From assembly GCA_024654625.1 (NCBI GenBank), contig JANLHB010000005.1, positions 7,191 through 71,190 on the forward strand: a stretch of 64,000 nt of DNA, in the 5' to 3' direction. Made by a program: the position numbers and the translations under genes. The number at the start of each line of letters is the position of its first letter. Position 1 is the stretch's first letter. Of the stretch, positions 48,686-58,570 are shown piece after piece. Origin of the DNA: Patescibacteria group bacterium (lineage in GTDB: Bacteria > Patescibacteriota > Minisyncoccia > GCA-002772825). The notes below the pieces were generated by a model. The model saw only the letters and a list, made by a program, of their open reading frames with translations. It was not told where the DNA came from and did no database searches.

Positions 48686-49742
48686 CTGAATTCAACCTTG
48701 AAGTGCAACACTCCATACTTCTAATGGGGTCTTCCAGTCGAGGCGTTTCCTCGGACGATTGTTAATTTCACTTTCAACATATTTAATCTCTTCGTCGGTA
48801 ATTATACTAAAGTCTGTTTTCTTTGGGAAATAATCTCTAATCAAACCATTGGTATTTTCATTTGTCCCCCTTTCTCCCGAACAATACGGATGGGCATAGA
48901 AACAACTAAGTCCAATCTCTTTTTCGATAGTTGGCCAATCACTGTTCTCCGGCCCGTTATCTAAAGTAATTGTCTGTTTAAGTCTTTTCGGGACATCCTT
49001 AAATCTCTGCCCCATGGCATCCGTTGTTGCTTTAGCCGTCTTGTCTTTAAGTTTTGTTATGAAAACAATCCCTGACTTTCTCTCTACGGCAGTATTGATA
49101 CCCGGCTTATGGTTCACTGACTCTACGCTGTCTCCCTCCCAGTCTCCAAACCTGACACGAGTATCAATAATGTCCGGCCGCATATCTATGGAAACACCCT
49201 TTGGTTTAAAGATTCTTTGACATCTTCTGGTCCCATTTTTAATCCTCCTTTTTCTTCTTCGGCGCAAATACCGGCGCAAATCTTCATGTCCGGGGCGGAG
49301 ACAGCCCCAGCCATTGCGGTGAACCTGGGCATAGATGTATTGATAAATCGCTTCATGGGAAATCTTCTCTTTTAGGTCAGCTTGTATCCTTCCCGCGATC
49401 TGTTCTGGAGACCATCGGCGCTTCAGCTTTTGGACCACATATGACCGGATTTGATCATTTTTCAGCCTTTCCATTCTCCCACGACTTTTTCTCTTCCCGA
49501 GCGCTCTTTCATGAGCGGCGCGAGGAGTATATCTTTTCCTTTCAATCGGATTATTCCTTTGCAGCTCTCTTGATATTGAGGCCGGGTTTCGACCTATCTC
49601 TGCGGCAATTCTTCTGACCGAAGCTTTTTGCCACAACATTTCTTGTATTTTTTCCCTTTCCTCAATCGTTAAATGCTTGTATTTCATAACACTTTGATAT
49701 TATCTGTTTAATCAAAGTGTTGCACTTACTTGTTGAACTGAC
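48686..49742 (-). mobile_element. IS30-family insertion sequence
   Basis: Imperfect terminal IRs gaattcaaccttgaagtgcaacact (48688-48712) and agtgttgcacttacttgttgaactg (49716-49740); exact ends approximate. Confidence 0.85.
48692..49687 (-). CDS. IS30-family transposase
   Basis: HLT.EER HTH, WSPEQI, WEGD, T.DNG.E, ERGTNENTNGL.R, N.RPRK.L. Confidence 0.95.
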   Translation of the reverse strand: MKYKHLTIEEREKIQEMLWQKASVRRIAAEIGRNPASISRELQRNNPIERKRYTPRAAHERALGKRKSRGRMERLKNDQIRSYVVQKLKRRWSPEQIAGRIQADLKEKISHEAIYQYIYAQVHRNGWGCLRPGHEDLRRYLRRRRKRRIKNGTRRCQRIFKPKGVSIDMRPDIIDTRVRFGDWEGDSVESVNHKPGINTAVERKSGIVFITKLKDKTAKATTDAMGQRFKDVPKRLKQTITLDNGPENSDWPTIEKEIGLSCFYAHPYCSGERGTNENTNGLIRDYFPKKTDFSIITDEEIKYVESEINNRPRKRLDWKTPLEVWSVALQG

Positions 49743-49766
49743 CCTTTCACGCATCCAAGACTGGAT

Positions 49767-50603
49767 TTATTCTTGAATCTGCATTTCTTTTGCGGATGAC
49801 AAAGCTGATAAATCAGGAAAAACTTCCACCCACTTAAGCTCTTGGATATTTAGAGGCGTCCTGAAAAAAACTCTTTGAAAAGCGTCCGCCATATCAGCTT
49901 TAATAAATTCCGCCATTCCAAGGATAAAAGGGTTAGCTCCGGGTGTTATAATCAAATCCCCCTCTTTGACATTATCTACTCTGGGAAGACTAATCTCAAA
50001 ATTCCCGCCTCCTACACCGCTTGCAACAGTAAAAATATTTGTATTATCTACAAGGACATTAATACTTTCTCCGGCGCTTGAGTAAAGCCTTATCCGGCTG
50101 GCGTCCTTGAATACTTTTTCAACATAGCCAAGTAGAATATCGCCGTATGCGCCCACAAGCATTCCTTCTTCTATGCCGTCATCTCGACCTATATCTATAA
50201 TCAAAACATCATAAGGAACTTGAGGAGGACGCAGTGTTACTGAAGCGATAATACTCCTCCTTTCTTCCGTCATCCTTCCTAAAAGATTCTTGAGCTCGTT
50301 ATTCTCTTTCTCTAAGAGGCCAAGAGTCATCAATCTCATATCTTTTTCCATTAACTGTTCCTTCATTCTTAGATTCTCATCAACTAGCAACTCCTTATCT
50401 TTTATAACGCGACTTTTATATTCATACCAATTATTAATAGAGCCTCTCGCGGCAAAAATAGGAGAAGCAATAGAGAGAGTCGCGCTTGAAATGATTCTAT
50501 TTCCGATAGCAAACATTATAGCAATCAAAATCATTGCCAATAACAATGTAAGTATTAAAAACTTCTTTCCTGTTTTTTTATTGTGGCGGGAGATCATCTT
50601 CAT
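49767..50603 (-). CDS. mreC: Rod shape-determining protein MreC
   Basis: Follows mreB; TM, coiled coil, IDIG..DGI..G. Confidence 0.85.
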   Translation of the reverse strand: MKMISRHNKKTGKKFLILTLLLAMILIAIMFAIGNRIISSATLSIASPIFAARGSINNWYEYKSRVIKDKELLVDENLRMKEQLMEKDMRLMTLGLLEKENNELKNLLGRMTEERRSIIASVTLRPPQVPYDVLIIDIGRDDGIEEGMLVGAYGDILLGYVEKVFKDASRIRLYSSAGESINVLVDNTNIFTVASGVGGGNFEISLPRVDNVKEGDLIITPGANPFILGMAEFIKADMADAFQRVFFRTPLNIQELKWVEVFPDLSALSSAKEMQIQE

Positions 50604-51630
50604 TCTGGATTAAAACATCTTGAAAGTCATCAAGATTATCAAGAATAATACCCGTACCTCTCACTACGGCTGTCAAAGGTTCATCGGCTACGTAAACAGG
50701 AATTTTAACTTCAGAAGATAAATGCTCGGCAAGCCCCTTAAGATACGACCCTCCGCCCACAAGCATTATCCCTCTATGCATGATATCAGACACTAATTCA
50801 GGAGGAGTCTCTTCTATCACCTCTTTCACAGAGTCCACTAACGACTTGGTAGTCTTGGCTATCGCTTGTCTTACATCAGAAGCGGTCAAAATAACTTCCC
50901 TCGGCAAACCCGTTATAAGGTCCCTCCCTCTCACTGCAGATTCAATATCGTCATCCGCCTCAAGAACGGAACCGATAGCTATCTTCACATCTTCAGCTGT
51001 TTGCTCTCCCAAAAGAATCTTAAACTCATCTCGCGCATAATGAATAATATCTTGATTCAAACGATCGCCGGCCATCTTAAGGCTTTTTGAAAGAACTATT
51101 CCGCCGAGCGATATAATGGCCACATCAGAAGTTCCGCCGCCAATATCAATAACCATATTCCCGACAGGCTCTCCTATGGGTAGACGCATACCGATAGCCG
51201 CCGCCATCGGCTCTTCTACTATATACACGTCTCTGGCTCCCGCATTACGAGCGGCGTCGCGGACCGCTCTTGCCTCAACATTAGTCACGCCGGAAGGGAC
51301 ACCGATAACAACCCTCGGGCGAGACAATATATTTTTTCTATTCTGTTGAGCTCTTTTTATAAAATAAGCTATCATCTCCTCGGCAACTTCAAAATCTGAG
51401 ATAACTCCGTCCACAAGCGGCCTTACGGCATTTATATGAGCGGGTGTTCTGCCGACCATTTTTTTAGCTTCTGAGCCTATTGCCACCACTTGGCCCGTCT
51501 TTTGATTCACGGCGACAACAGACGGTTCATTGATAATAATCCCTTCTCCGCTTACATACACAAGAGTGTTAGCCGTGCCTAGGTCTATCCCTATATTATT
51601 AGAGAAAAAATTATTGAACTTTTTTAACAT
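50578..51630 (-). CDS. mreB: Actin-like MreB
   Basis: GIDLGTANT, EPSVVA, DIGGGT, PPEL.SDI. Confidence 0.96.
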   Translation of the reverse strand: MLKKFNNFFSNNIGIDLGTANTLVYVSGEGIIINEPSVVAVNQKTGQVVAIGSEAKKMVGRTPAHINAVRPLVDGVISDFEVAEEMIAYFIKRAQQNRKNILSRPRVVIGVPSGVTNVEARAVRDAARNAGARDVYIVEEPMAAAIGMRLPIGEPVGNMVIDIGGGTSDVAIISLGGIVLSKSLKMAGDRLNQDIIHYARDEFKILLGEQTAEDVKIAIGSVLEADDDIESAVRGRDLITGLPREVILTASDVRQAIAKTTKSLVDSVKEVIEETPPELVSDIMHRGIMLVGGGSYLKGLAEHLSSEVKIPVYVADEPLTAVVRGTGIILDNLDDFQDVLIQNEDDLPPQ

Positions 51631-52855
51631 AATTTAAAATATCTTCTTTTTTTATAATACTAGCCTCTTCCATATTACGCTTCTTTAACTCCACGCCGCC
51701 TTTTTCCATACTCTTCTCGCTTACGACAATCCTGCATGGTATGCCGATAAGGTCGCTATCGGCAAATTTTTCTCCGGCGCTTTTATCTCTTCGCTCATCA
51801 TATAATACTTCTACGCCGGCTTTTTGCAAACTTTCATATATTTCATCTGAAATATCTCTAATAGATTCACTAAGAAGAATCAAATGAACATCAAATGGCG
51901 CCACGTTCTCAGGCCAGATAATCCCCTTTTCATCATTGTGTATTTCAACAATCGTCCCCATAAGTCTTCCTAGCCCTATCCCGTAACAACCCATAAGAAC
52001 CGGAGTATTTACTCCGTCTTCATTCTTATATGTTAGATCAAAAGCATCGGTAAACCTTGTCTTTAGTTCAAAAATATTCCCCACTTCAATGGCTTTCTCT
52101 GTTTTGAAATTAGAATTACCGCACTCAGGGCAAACTTTCTGCTCATTTATAATCTCATCATTTATGGCAACCTTGCAACTATTGCAGACATATATGGTAT
52201 CTTCACCAGCGGAAGTTATAGTCTGAAACTCATGAGAATACTTTGAGAAACTCCCCCCGGAAGCAAAAGTAAGATAAGTCTCATCTCCTATACCGGCTCT
52301 TTTGAAAATATTCTTATAAGCTTGCTTCATTATCTCATAATATCTTTTAAGGTCGTCTTCGTCTTTATGGAAAGAGTAAAGGTCTTTCATCATAAATTCC
52401 CTTCCACGCAAAATACCGGACTTTGCGCGAAGCTCCATTCTGAATTTGTTTTGAATTTGGTAAACATAAACAGGCAAATCCTTGTAAGACGAAACAAATT
52501 TTTTAACAAGCGGAACAACTATCTCTTCATGAGTAGGACCAAGCGCGGTCTCCCTGTCGCCCGAGTCAGAGAGTTTATAAAGATCGTCCATTGTCTCCCA
52601 TCTGCCTGTCTTTTCCCAATTCTCTTTCGGCTGCATTGAAGGCATCAGAAGCTCTACCCCGCCTGATTTATTCATCTCGTCTCTTATTATATTTTCTATT
52701 CTTCTTAAGACACGCAAGCCTAAAGGGAGATACGTATAGACACCCGCCATAGTCTTATCTATAAAACCGGCTTTTATAAGAAGAGAGGCGTTCTTTGACA
52801 CCTCATCCTTTGGGGCGTCTTTAATTGTTTTCGTAAAGAGTTTAGACTGTAGCAT
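51611..52855 (-). CDS. proS: Prolyl-tRNA synthetase (short, no INS editing domain)
   Basis: LGPTHEE, KFR.E.R..SG..RGREF.MKD, MGCYGIG, DSDLIGIP. Confidence 0.93.
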   Translation of the reverse strand: MLQSKLFTKTIKDAPKDEVSKNASLLIKAGFIDKTMAGVYTYLPLGLRVLRRIENIIRDEMNKSGGVELLMPSMQPKENWEKTGRWETMDDLYKLSDSGDRETALGPTHEEIVVPLVKKFVSSYKDLPVYVYQIQNKFRMELRAKSGILRGREFMMKDLYSFHKDEDDLKRYYEIMKQAYKNIFKRAGIGDETYLTFASGGSFSKYSHEFQTITSAGEDTIYVCNSCKVAINDEIINEQKVCPECGNSNFKTEKAIEVGNIFELKTRFTDAFDLTYKNEDGVNTPVLMGCYGIGLGRLMGTIVEIHNDEKGIIWPENVAPFDVHLILLSESIRDISDEIYESLQKAGVEVLYDERRDKSAGEKFADSDLIGIPCRIVVSEKSMEKGGVELKKRNMEEASIIKKEDILNYVKKVQ

Positions 52856-52900
52856 TAGAGATAATAATATCCGAAAACCGCCTGTTAGTCAAAAATAAAT

Positions 52901-52937
52901 AAAACGCCTCACTCCTTCGAGAAGGAGTGAGGCGTTT
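52901..52937. terminator. Terminator-like hairpin
   Basis: aaacgcctcactcctt / aaggagtgaggcgttt. Confidence 0.7.
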
Positions 52938-52943
52938 AAACAA

Positions 52944-52980
52944 GTATACATTTTGATGCGGTCGTTGCTTTTTATATACA
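52944..52980 (-). repeat. ACGACCG-core hairpin element (solo copy)
   Basis: 31/37 identical to 56736-56772 by manual alignment. Confidence 0.75.
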
Positions 52981-53323
52981 TCATCAATTCACAAGATTTT
53001 TTATCCTTTTGAGGATTAGTTATAAATAAATGACTGGCTGAATATAAAATTTCTGGCTTCCTGCTTGCAAGGAGAAATTTTAATGAAGCAAAAGGAATAT
53101 TATTTATCCAAGACGAGAACAAATAAAAAATCTGTGGATTTATAATGAAACTCACCTAACCTACCCCTTAGAACCACTGGTAGGTTTTCGTATCTGTCTT
53201 ATTTTGGAGACATTAATAGATTTCATGGCTATGAACTGAGAAGGCGTCCTATAGCCGGGCTTCCCTTTCTTTCCTCCAACTTTTGCATAATTTTTCATTA
53301 TTTTTATTTTTATCTTTTTATTA

Positions 53324-53860
53324 TTAATCCGTAACAATGATTGTTCCCTTCATAAAAGGATGTATCCTGCAATAGTAATCAAATGTGCCGGGTCTTGTAA
53401 ACATAAATATATAACTCTGACCTTTTGCCAAAATCTTAGATTCAAGTTCGGGCAATGGATTTTTCACAATACTGGAATCAGAGGCTATCTGATGCGCAAA
53501 GTTATCTTCATTTGTCCAAGTTATCTCGGTTCCTCTTTTTATAACAATTACCGACGGACTGAAAGCATTATTTTTTATTGATATAAAATTATTTTTGAGA
53601 AGAATTGTCTGATTTGGCTCGGCCTGAGAAGTGGGTTCGCTTGAAGCTTTCGGTATTACTTTTTGAGCGGGGACATTATTCTCGTCAATCAAAGCATTGT
53701 TGTTTTCTTCTATTAAGCCGCTTTTATCAGCTTCACCATCGCCATTATCAATAACCGAATCATCTGTTCTATAAAATTTAAAATAATACACGCTTCCTAC
53801 CGCTATCAATATAACTGCTATCACAAAATATTTATTTATAAAACTTTTTTTATTATTCAT
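53324..53860 (-). CDS. Membrane-anchored cupredoxin (plastocyanin/amicyanin-like)
   Basis: FSP..I.IK.G..TWTN.D..AH, YYCRIHPFMKG. Confidence 0.88.
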   Translation of the reverse strand: MNNKKSFINKYFVIAVILIAVGSVYYFKFYRTDDSVIDNGDGEADKSGLIEENNNALIDENNVPAQKVIPKASSEPTSQAEPNQTILLKNNFISIKNNAFSPSVIVIKRGTEITWTNEDNFAHQIASDSSIVKNPLPELESKILAKGQSYIFMFTRPGTFDYYCRIHPFMKGTIIVTD

Positions 53861-53896
53861 ACTTTATTTTATTATACTACTTATATATTATATATA

Positions 53897-54976
53897 CTAC
53901 AGTAATTTAATAATATCATTAAATGTGATAACAATCATCAATATTATAAGGATAGCGAACCCAACTCCGTTTAAAATCCCGGTGACTTTCGCATTTATAG
54001 GAGATCTTTTTATCGCCTCTATTAAGAGGAGAAATATTCTCCCTCCATCAAGCGCAGGAAATGGAATAATATTTAAAATAGCCAGGTTGATAGAAAGAAA
54101 AGCGGTGAAACTTAACAGATATATAAAACCAAATTCAGAGGCCTCGCCAACTAAGCCTATAATTCCAACGGGTCCGCTTATCTGAGAAAGACTCGCCTTT
54201 GCCGTAAAAGCATCTTTAAAGAAACTTGTCATACCGACAGCCGTCCCTACGGTAAGATTTATTGTCATTCTTAATCCGGCATACATTGCTTTATAAAAAG
54301 GCATTTTCACAACGCCTATCTCATCCATTGCTATACCTATAGCCGGACTTTCCCCAAAGATACCTTTCTCAGGCTGTATAAAAACAGAAATTACTTCCTT
54401 TCCTCTTTTATAAGAAAGTTCCAGCTCTTTGCCTTCACTTGAAACTATAAAACTTTGGATGGTCTCTGTTGATAATGGAGACACAAGCGATTCACCGTCT
54501 TTTAAAGACAAACTTACAATCGCATCTCCGGCTTTAAGACCGGCTCTCTCAGACGGAGAATCCTTTTTAACATTCAATATAAGCACTTTGGCATCCCTTA
54601 TATCCGCGCCCTCTGGAGCACCGGCAACACTAGTAGGAAAACCGGCAACAAAACCTGCTGTTATAAGAAACCACGCCAAGATAACATTAAAAATCACCCC
54701 GGCAGCAATCACTGCCACCTTTATATAAATAGGCTTGCTCACAAAACTCCTTGGACCGCTCTCATTATCTTCTCCAAAAATTTTTACAAAACCGCCGAAC
54801 GGAATAAGATTTATAGAATAAACTGTCTCTCCTTTCTTGAATTTAAATAGACGCGGAGGAAAACCTATACCGAATTCGTCTACCCTTATACCAGACTTCT
54901 TGGCAACGATAAAATGCCCGAATTCATGGACAAATATCAAAACACCCAATACTATAAAAAATAATAAAATACTCAT
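53897..54976 (-). CDS. rseP: RIP metalloprotease RseP
   Basis: HEFGH, GVIFN, PDZ domain, NIIPFPALDGG. Confidence 0.93.
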   Translation of the reverse strand: MSILLFFIVLGVLIFVHEFGHFIVAKKSGIRVDEFGIGFPPRLFKFKKGETVYSINLIPFGGFVKIFGEDNESGPRSFVSKPIYIKVAVIAAGVIFNVILAWFLITAGFVAGFPTSVAGAPEGADIRDAKVLILNVKKDSPSERAGLKAGDAIVSLSLKDGESLVSPLSTETIQSFIVSSEGKELELSYKRGKEVISVFIQPEKGIFGESPAIGIAMDEIGVVKMPFYKAMYAGLRMTINLTVGTAVGMTSFFKDAFTAKASLSQISGPVGIIGLVGEASEFGFIYLLSFTAFLSINLAILNIIPFPALDGGRIFLLLIEAIKRSPINAKVTGILNGVGFAILIILMIVITFNDIIKLL

Positions 54977-55042
54977 AAGACAATTTTCAATTAACAATCT
55001 TCAATTTTCATTAAATAATCAATTTTTTAATTTTATAAACAC

Positions 55043-55399
55043 TTATCCTAAAGATGAAGTAATCTTTTGAAAAATTAACGTTAACTCGTGTGATTCTTGC
55101 CATAATTTTTTTATCTCCTCTTTATTTTCTGATATGCACTTTTCAATCATTCTTAGCCAATATTTAGTCTCCTGTGACTCTTTCTTGCAAATAAAAATTT
55201 TATTTCTAAAATCTTTCCTAGAACTGGCATTATTAGCTTCCATGTAATTTGCGCCCACGCTTGTACTGGAACGAATAAGTTGACTAATAACCGGCTTCGT
55301 AACTATATCCTGTTTTACATTCTTACAAAATCCAATAATTTCCTCACCAAATTTTGAAGTTCTCTCTTCCAAATCATATTTATTTGAAGATTGCATCAT
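55043..55399 (-). CDS. Four-helix bundle protein (23S rRNA IVS-protein family)
   Basis: DLEERT..F, QL.RS.TSVGANY.EA..A.S.KDF..K..I..KE..ET.YWL. Confidence 0.9.
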   Translation of the reverse strand: MMQSSNKYDLEERTSKFGEEIIGFCKNVKQDIVTKPVISQLIRSSTSVGANYMEANNASSRKDFRNKIFICKKESQETKYWLRMIEKCISENKEEIKKLWQESHELTLIFQKITSSLG

Positions 55400-55444
55400 T
55401 GGTAATTAATTGAAAATTGATCATTGATAACTGGTAATTGACCG

Positions 55445-55996
55445 TCATCCTTTTATTTCTACCTCCTTTTTTAAAGACATCTCTTCCAATACCTTGTTCC
55501 CTTCATCAATAATTTTCTGAAGCTCGTCTTTTAATCTGAACTTATCATCCTCTGAAATATTGCCGTCTTTTTCATCTTTCTGTATCTTATTCCAAACCTC
55601 ATCTCTTTCTTTTTTAAGTGAAATTCTGGCCTCTTCAAGCTTGGCCTTGATAATCTTATTTAATGTCTCCCTTCTCTCTGAAGTTAACTCAGGAAAAGAG
55701 ATTCTTATACCCACATTTGAAGTTGATGGGTTTATCCCTAAATTTGAAGAAGAGATAGCGCTCTCTATAGCCTGCATCAAACTCTGATCCCATGGCTTAA
55801 TCACAATAGTTTTAGCATCTTCCACAGTAATAGCCGCAATATGTTTTATCGGCTGTCTACTACCATAAGACTCCACAAAGATACTATCCAAGATAGCCGG
55901 TGTGGCGCGCCCGGTCCGCAGGCCAGAGAACTCTCTCCCTAACCACTCTTCTATCTCCGTCTTCCTCTTCTTAATGTTTGAAAAATCGTAAGCCAT
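55445..55996 (-). CDS. frr: Ribosome recycling factor
   Basis: LRTGRATP, PWD, LT.ERR, ISEDD. Confidence 0.95.
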   Translation of the reverse strand: MAYDFSNIKKRKTEIEEWLGREFSGLRTGRATPAILDSIFVESYGSRQPIKHIAAITVEDAKTIVIKPWDQSLMQAIESAISSSNLGINPSTSNVGIRISFPELTSERRETLNKIIKAKLEEARISLKKERDEVWNKIQKDEKDGNISEDDKFRLKDELQKIIDEGNKVLEEMSLKKEVEIKG

Positions 55997-56081
55997 ATTG
56001 AAAACTATTATATATTATTTCTTTAGATAAAGAAAACATCTAATAAATTAACAAAATTTTATGTCACCTTTAAAACTATAA

Positions 56082-56115
56082 GTATATTTTTTCTACGGTC
56101 GTAGATTTTATATAC
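56082..56115 (-). repeat. ACGACCG-core hairpin element
   Basis: Reverse strand gtatataaaatctACGACCGtagaaaaaatatac. Confidence 0.7.
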
Positions 56116-56240
56116 ATTGGTCTAATAAACTAATAAGATCTTCAATCGTTTTGAGGATTAATTATAAATAATAAAAAATAGCCCTGCTCCGACGGATCGG
56201 AACAGGGCTAGAAGTTTGAAGTCTGCGACTACGGGGTGCA

Positions 56241-56597
56241 CTAATCAATCAGTTCACCCAACTTGTAGTGTCCCTCGTACGTCGTGGCCGTCACGACGTA
56301 CTTGGCAAGTTCTGGGTCAAAAACCGCGACAGCCCTGTAGAGGTCGGCCGTCGCACGACCGATGGCAATCGCCACAGGGATTCCTACAGTGGCAGGGCGA
56401 TAATCTATTTTGACTCTTAAAATCTTCCCTCCTCTGATTATCCCGTCCAGAATCATCTCGCCCAGGCACGTGACTACGTCACGGATGATGTTGTCCACTT
56501 TCTTTTCCTCAAAACGTCCAACCACAACATTGAGGACGCTACTGTAATAGTTATGATTGATACGGCAACTTCCTCTCCTTCTTCTAACAATCATCAC
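56241..56597 (-). CDS. Hypothetical protein
   Basis: AAGGGG RBS before GTG; terminator at about 56179-56210. Confidence 0.55.
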   Translation of the reverse strand: MMIVRRRRGSCRINHNYYSSVLNVVVGRFEEKKVDNIIRDVVTCLGEMILDGIIRGGKILRVKIDYRPATVGIPVAIAIGRATADLYRAVAVFDPELAKYVVTATTYEGHYKLGELID

Positions 56598-56735
56598 GCT
56601 ACCCCCTTTTTTTGTTTAAAAGTTTTCAGATTATCAAAAAACAATTATCATCACTAAATCTAGTGTAACTTATAACACAACGGCTGAATTTAGTAAAGAG
56701 TAGAAATATCTACACCACACCAGCTATATTCCTAA

Positions 56736-56773
56736 TGTATACAAAATGAGACGACCGTCTCAAAATGTATACA
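56736..56773 (+). repeat. ACGACCG-core hairpin element
   Basis: tgtatacaaaatgagACGACCGtctcaaaatgtataca. Confidence 0.75.
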
Positions 56774-56839
56774 TTGCTGGATTCTTAAATCCATTACATC
56801 GCTGCATTGATTTTCATAATAAAATTGGTAGTATTAACT

Positions 56840-57010
56840 TATTCATAGAGAGGACTGGCCACCTTTTCTATTTCTCCGAAAGGGGACGACATGAATTAGG
56901 CTGCCGCAAGAGTCAGGGATAGGAGATTGAGTAGCGACGAGCGAAAAACCAGTGTGCAATAACATTGTACGCAGCACTATCATCCTGATGTAATTCTTGC
57001 GGCTTTTTTT
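56840..57010 (+). ncRNA. Candidate structured small RNA
   Basis: Promoter-like TTGATT...TAGTAT upstream; nested stems closed by gccgcaaga/tcttgcggc plus T-run. Confidence 0.35.
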
Positions 57011-57033
57011 ATTTAAAAATGCTCTTTCGAATT

Positions 57034-58074
57034 TTATATCCTAAACTCAATCACATCGCCGTCTTTTACTATATACTCCTTCCCTTCCGTCCTTAAAAGC
57101 CCTTTCTCACGCGCGACTGCGTATGAGCCTGCAGCCAACAAATCTTGCCAATTTATAACATCGGCTCGTATAAACTTCTCTTTAAAATCAGTATGGATAG
57201 CGGCTCCCGCTTCCGGAGCTGTAGAGCCTTTCTTTATAGTCCACGCGCGAGTCTCCTCCGGCCCGACAGTAAAATAATTCATAAGCCCTAAAAGCTCGTA
57301 TGCCTCTGTAATAAGTTTATCTATATCACTTTCCACTTCAAGTTCCCTCATCTCCTCTTCTGTCATACTGCTCAATTCTTCTTCAAGTTTAATATCCAAG
57401 ACGATGTGCCTCTTGGCTTTCAATTCCTCAGGTATCAGAGAAGAGCCTGAGGAATTATAAATATACAAGACCGGCTTCATGGTAAGGAGGTGAAGATCTT
57501 TCACTAGCTCCGCTTCCCCTTCATCGAAGCCACTCTCCCGAGCAGGCTTACCACTCTCCAAGGCCGCTTTCACTTTCTCTATGGCACTCATCTTCTTCAC
57601 CGCCTCTTTGTCTTGCATTTTCACTTCCTTCTTAAGCTTGTCAGCCCTCTTGGTCACAGTATCAAGATCAGCAAGCACAAGCTCCGTCTCGATAATCTCA
57701 ATGTCGTTCAAGGGGTCTATCTTGTTGTGGACATGGATAATATTATCATTCTTGAAGACACGCACCACCTGAGCGATAGCGTCTACCTCTCTTATATGGG
57801 AGAGGAACTTGTTCCCCAGGCCTTCGCCCTCGGCCGCACCCTTCACTAGTCCGGCAATATCTACGAACTCCATCGCCGCAGGGATAATCTTCTTCGAGTC
57901 CAGTAAACGGCTCAACCGGCTGAGCCGTTCGTCCGGCACCTCCACCACACCTACCGAAGGGTCGATAGTGCAGAAAGGGTAATTAGAGGCATCAACCCCT
58001 TTCTGAGTTAAAGCATTAAAGAGCGTGGACTTCCCCACGTTTGGCAAACCGACAATTCCTACAGATAATGACAT
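57034..58074 (-). CDS. ychF: Redox-regulated ATPase YchF
   Basis: [38 protein letters not shown]. Confidence 0.97.
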   Translation of the reverse strand: MSLSVGIVGLPNVGKSTLFNALTQKGVDASNYPFCTIDPSVGVVEVPDERLSRLSRLLDSKKIIPAAMEFVDIAGLVKGAAEGEGLGNKFLSHIREVDAIAQVVRVFKNDNIIHVHNKIDPLNDIEIIETELVLADLDTVTKRADKLKKEVKMQDKEAVKKMSAIEKVKAALESGKPARESGFDEGEAELVKDLHLLTMKPVLYIYNSSGSSLIPEELKAKRHIVLDIKLEEELSSMTEEEMRELEVESDIDKLITEAYELLGLMNYFTVGPEETRAWTIKKGSTAPEAGAAIHTDFKEKFIRADVINWQDLLAAGSYAVAREKGLLRTEGKEYIVKDGDVIEFRI

Positions 58075-58155
58075 GTCTACTAATCTAACAGATTCTCATA
58101 AAAATAAAAAGCGGCGCGCGGATAAAAAAAATCCGCGCACCGCTTGAGATGAATC

Positions 58156-58371
58156 TTAAAAATAAGATCTGTAAAGGGAAATACAATCGAGACAACAGGC
58201 CCCTCCTGTTTCCTTTATGTCACTACGGCAAACTGTCTCCCTGTTAAGAACTTTACACTTGTCCCTGCCTTGGAAGGAAAACTTCTTTAATCTATCCACC
58301 CTCTTTTTCTTTCTCTCTTTCTTTCTCTTTGCCTTATTCCTGTCTCCCCTTTTCCTCTGCGATATTCCCAT
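58156..58371 (-). CDS. Basic C4 zinc-finger microprotein C
   Basis: GAGGG RBS; K/R-rich N-terminus, C-x8-C-x11-C-x2-C. Confidence 0.6.
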   Translation of the reverse strand: MGISQRKRGDRNKAKRKKERKKKRVDRLKKFSFQGRDKCKVLNRETVCRSDIKETGGACCLDCISLYRSYF

Positions 58372-58392
58372 AGGCGACCCTCTCAGTTAGAG

Positions 58393-58554
58393 TTACGTTA
58401 CTTTACGATATATACAATTCTCGCAATAACTCCTGCCTACTCTTTTTATATATTTCTGGCAGTGAGATTCTCTCTCCGGTTCACCGCATATCCATTGAGG
58501 TGTGTGTGGAACACTTTTATAATATCTCCTTCTTCCTTTCTCTCTCTTTGACAT
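58393..58554 (-). CDS. Basic C4 zinc-finger microprotein B
   Basis: MSKREKGRRR...; C-x8-C-x11-C-x2-C; AGGCAGG RBS. Confidence 0.6.
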   Translation of the reverse strand: MSKREKGRRRYYKSVPHTPQWICGEPERESHCQKYIKRVGRSYCENCIYRKVT

Positions 58555-58570
58555 AAGACACCTGCCTTTC

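Noticed and set aside
52889-53300. 88-aa ORF and short upstream ORFs
   Set aside because: The ORF runs through a hairpin element and terminator; no recognisable motif; all frames upstream are interrupted
55043-55399. Diversity-generating retroelement (Avd-like gene)
   Set aside because: No reverse transcriptase and no TR/VR pair with adenine-specific mismatches seen
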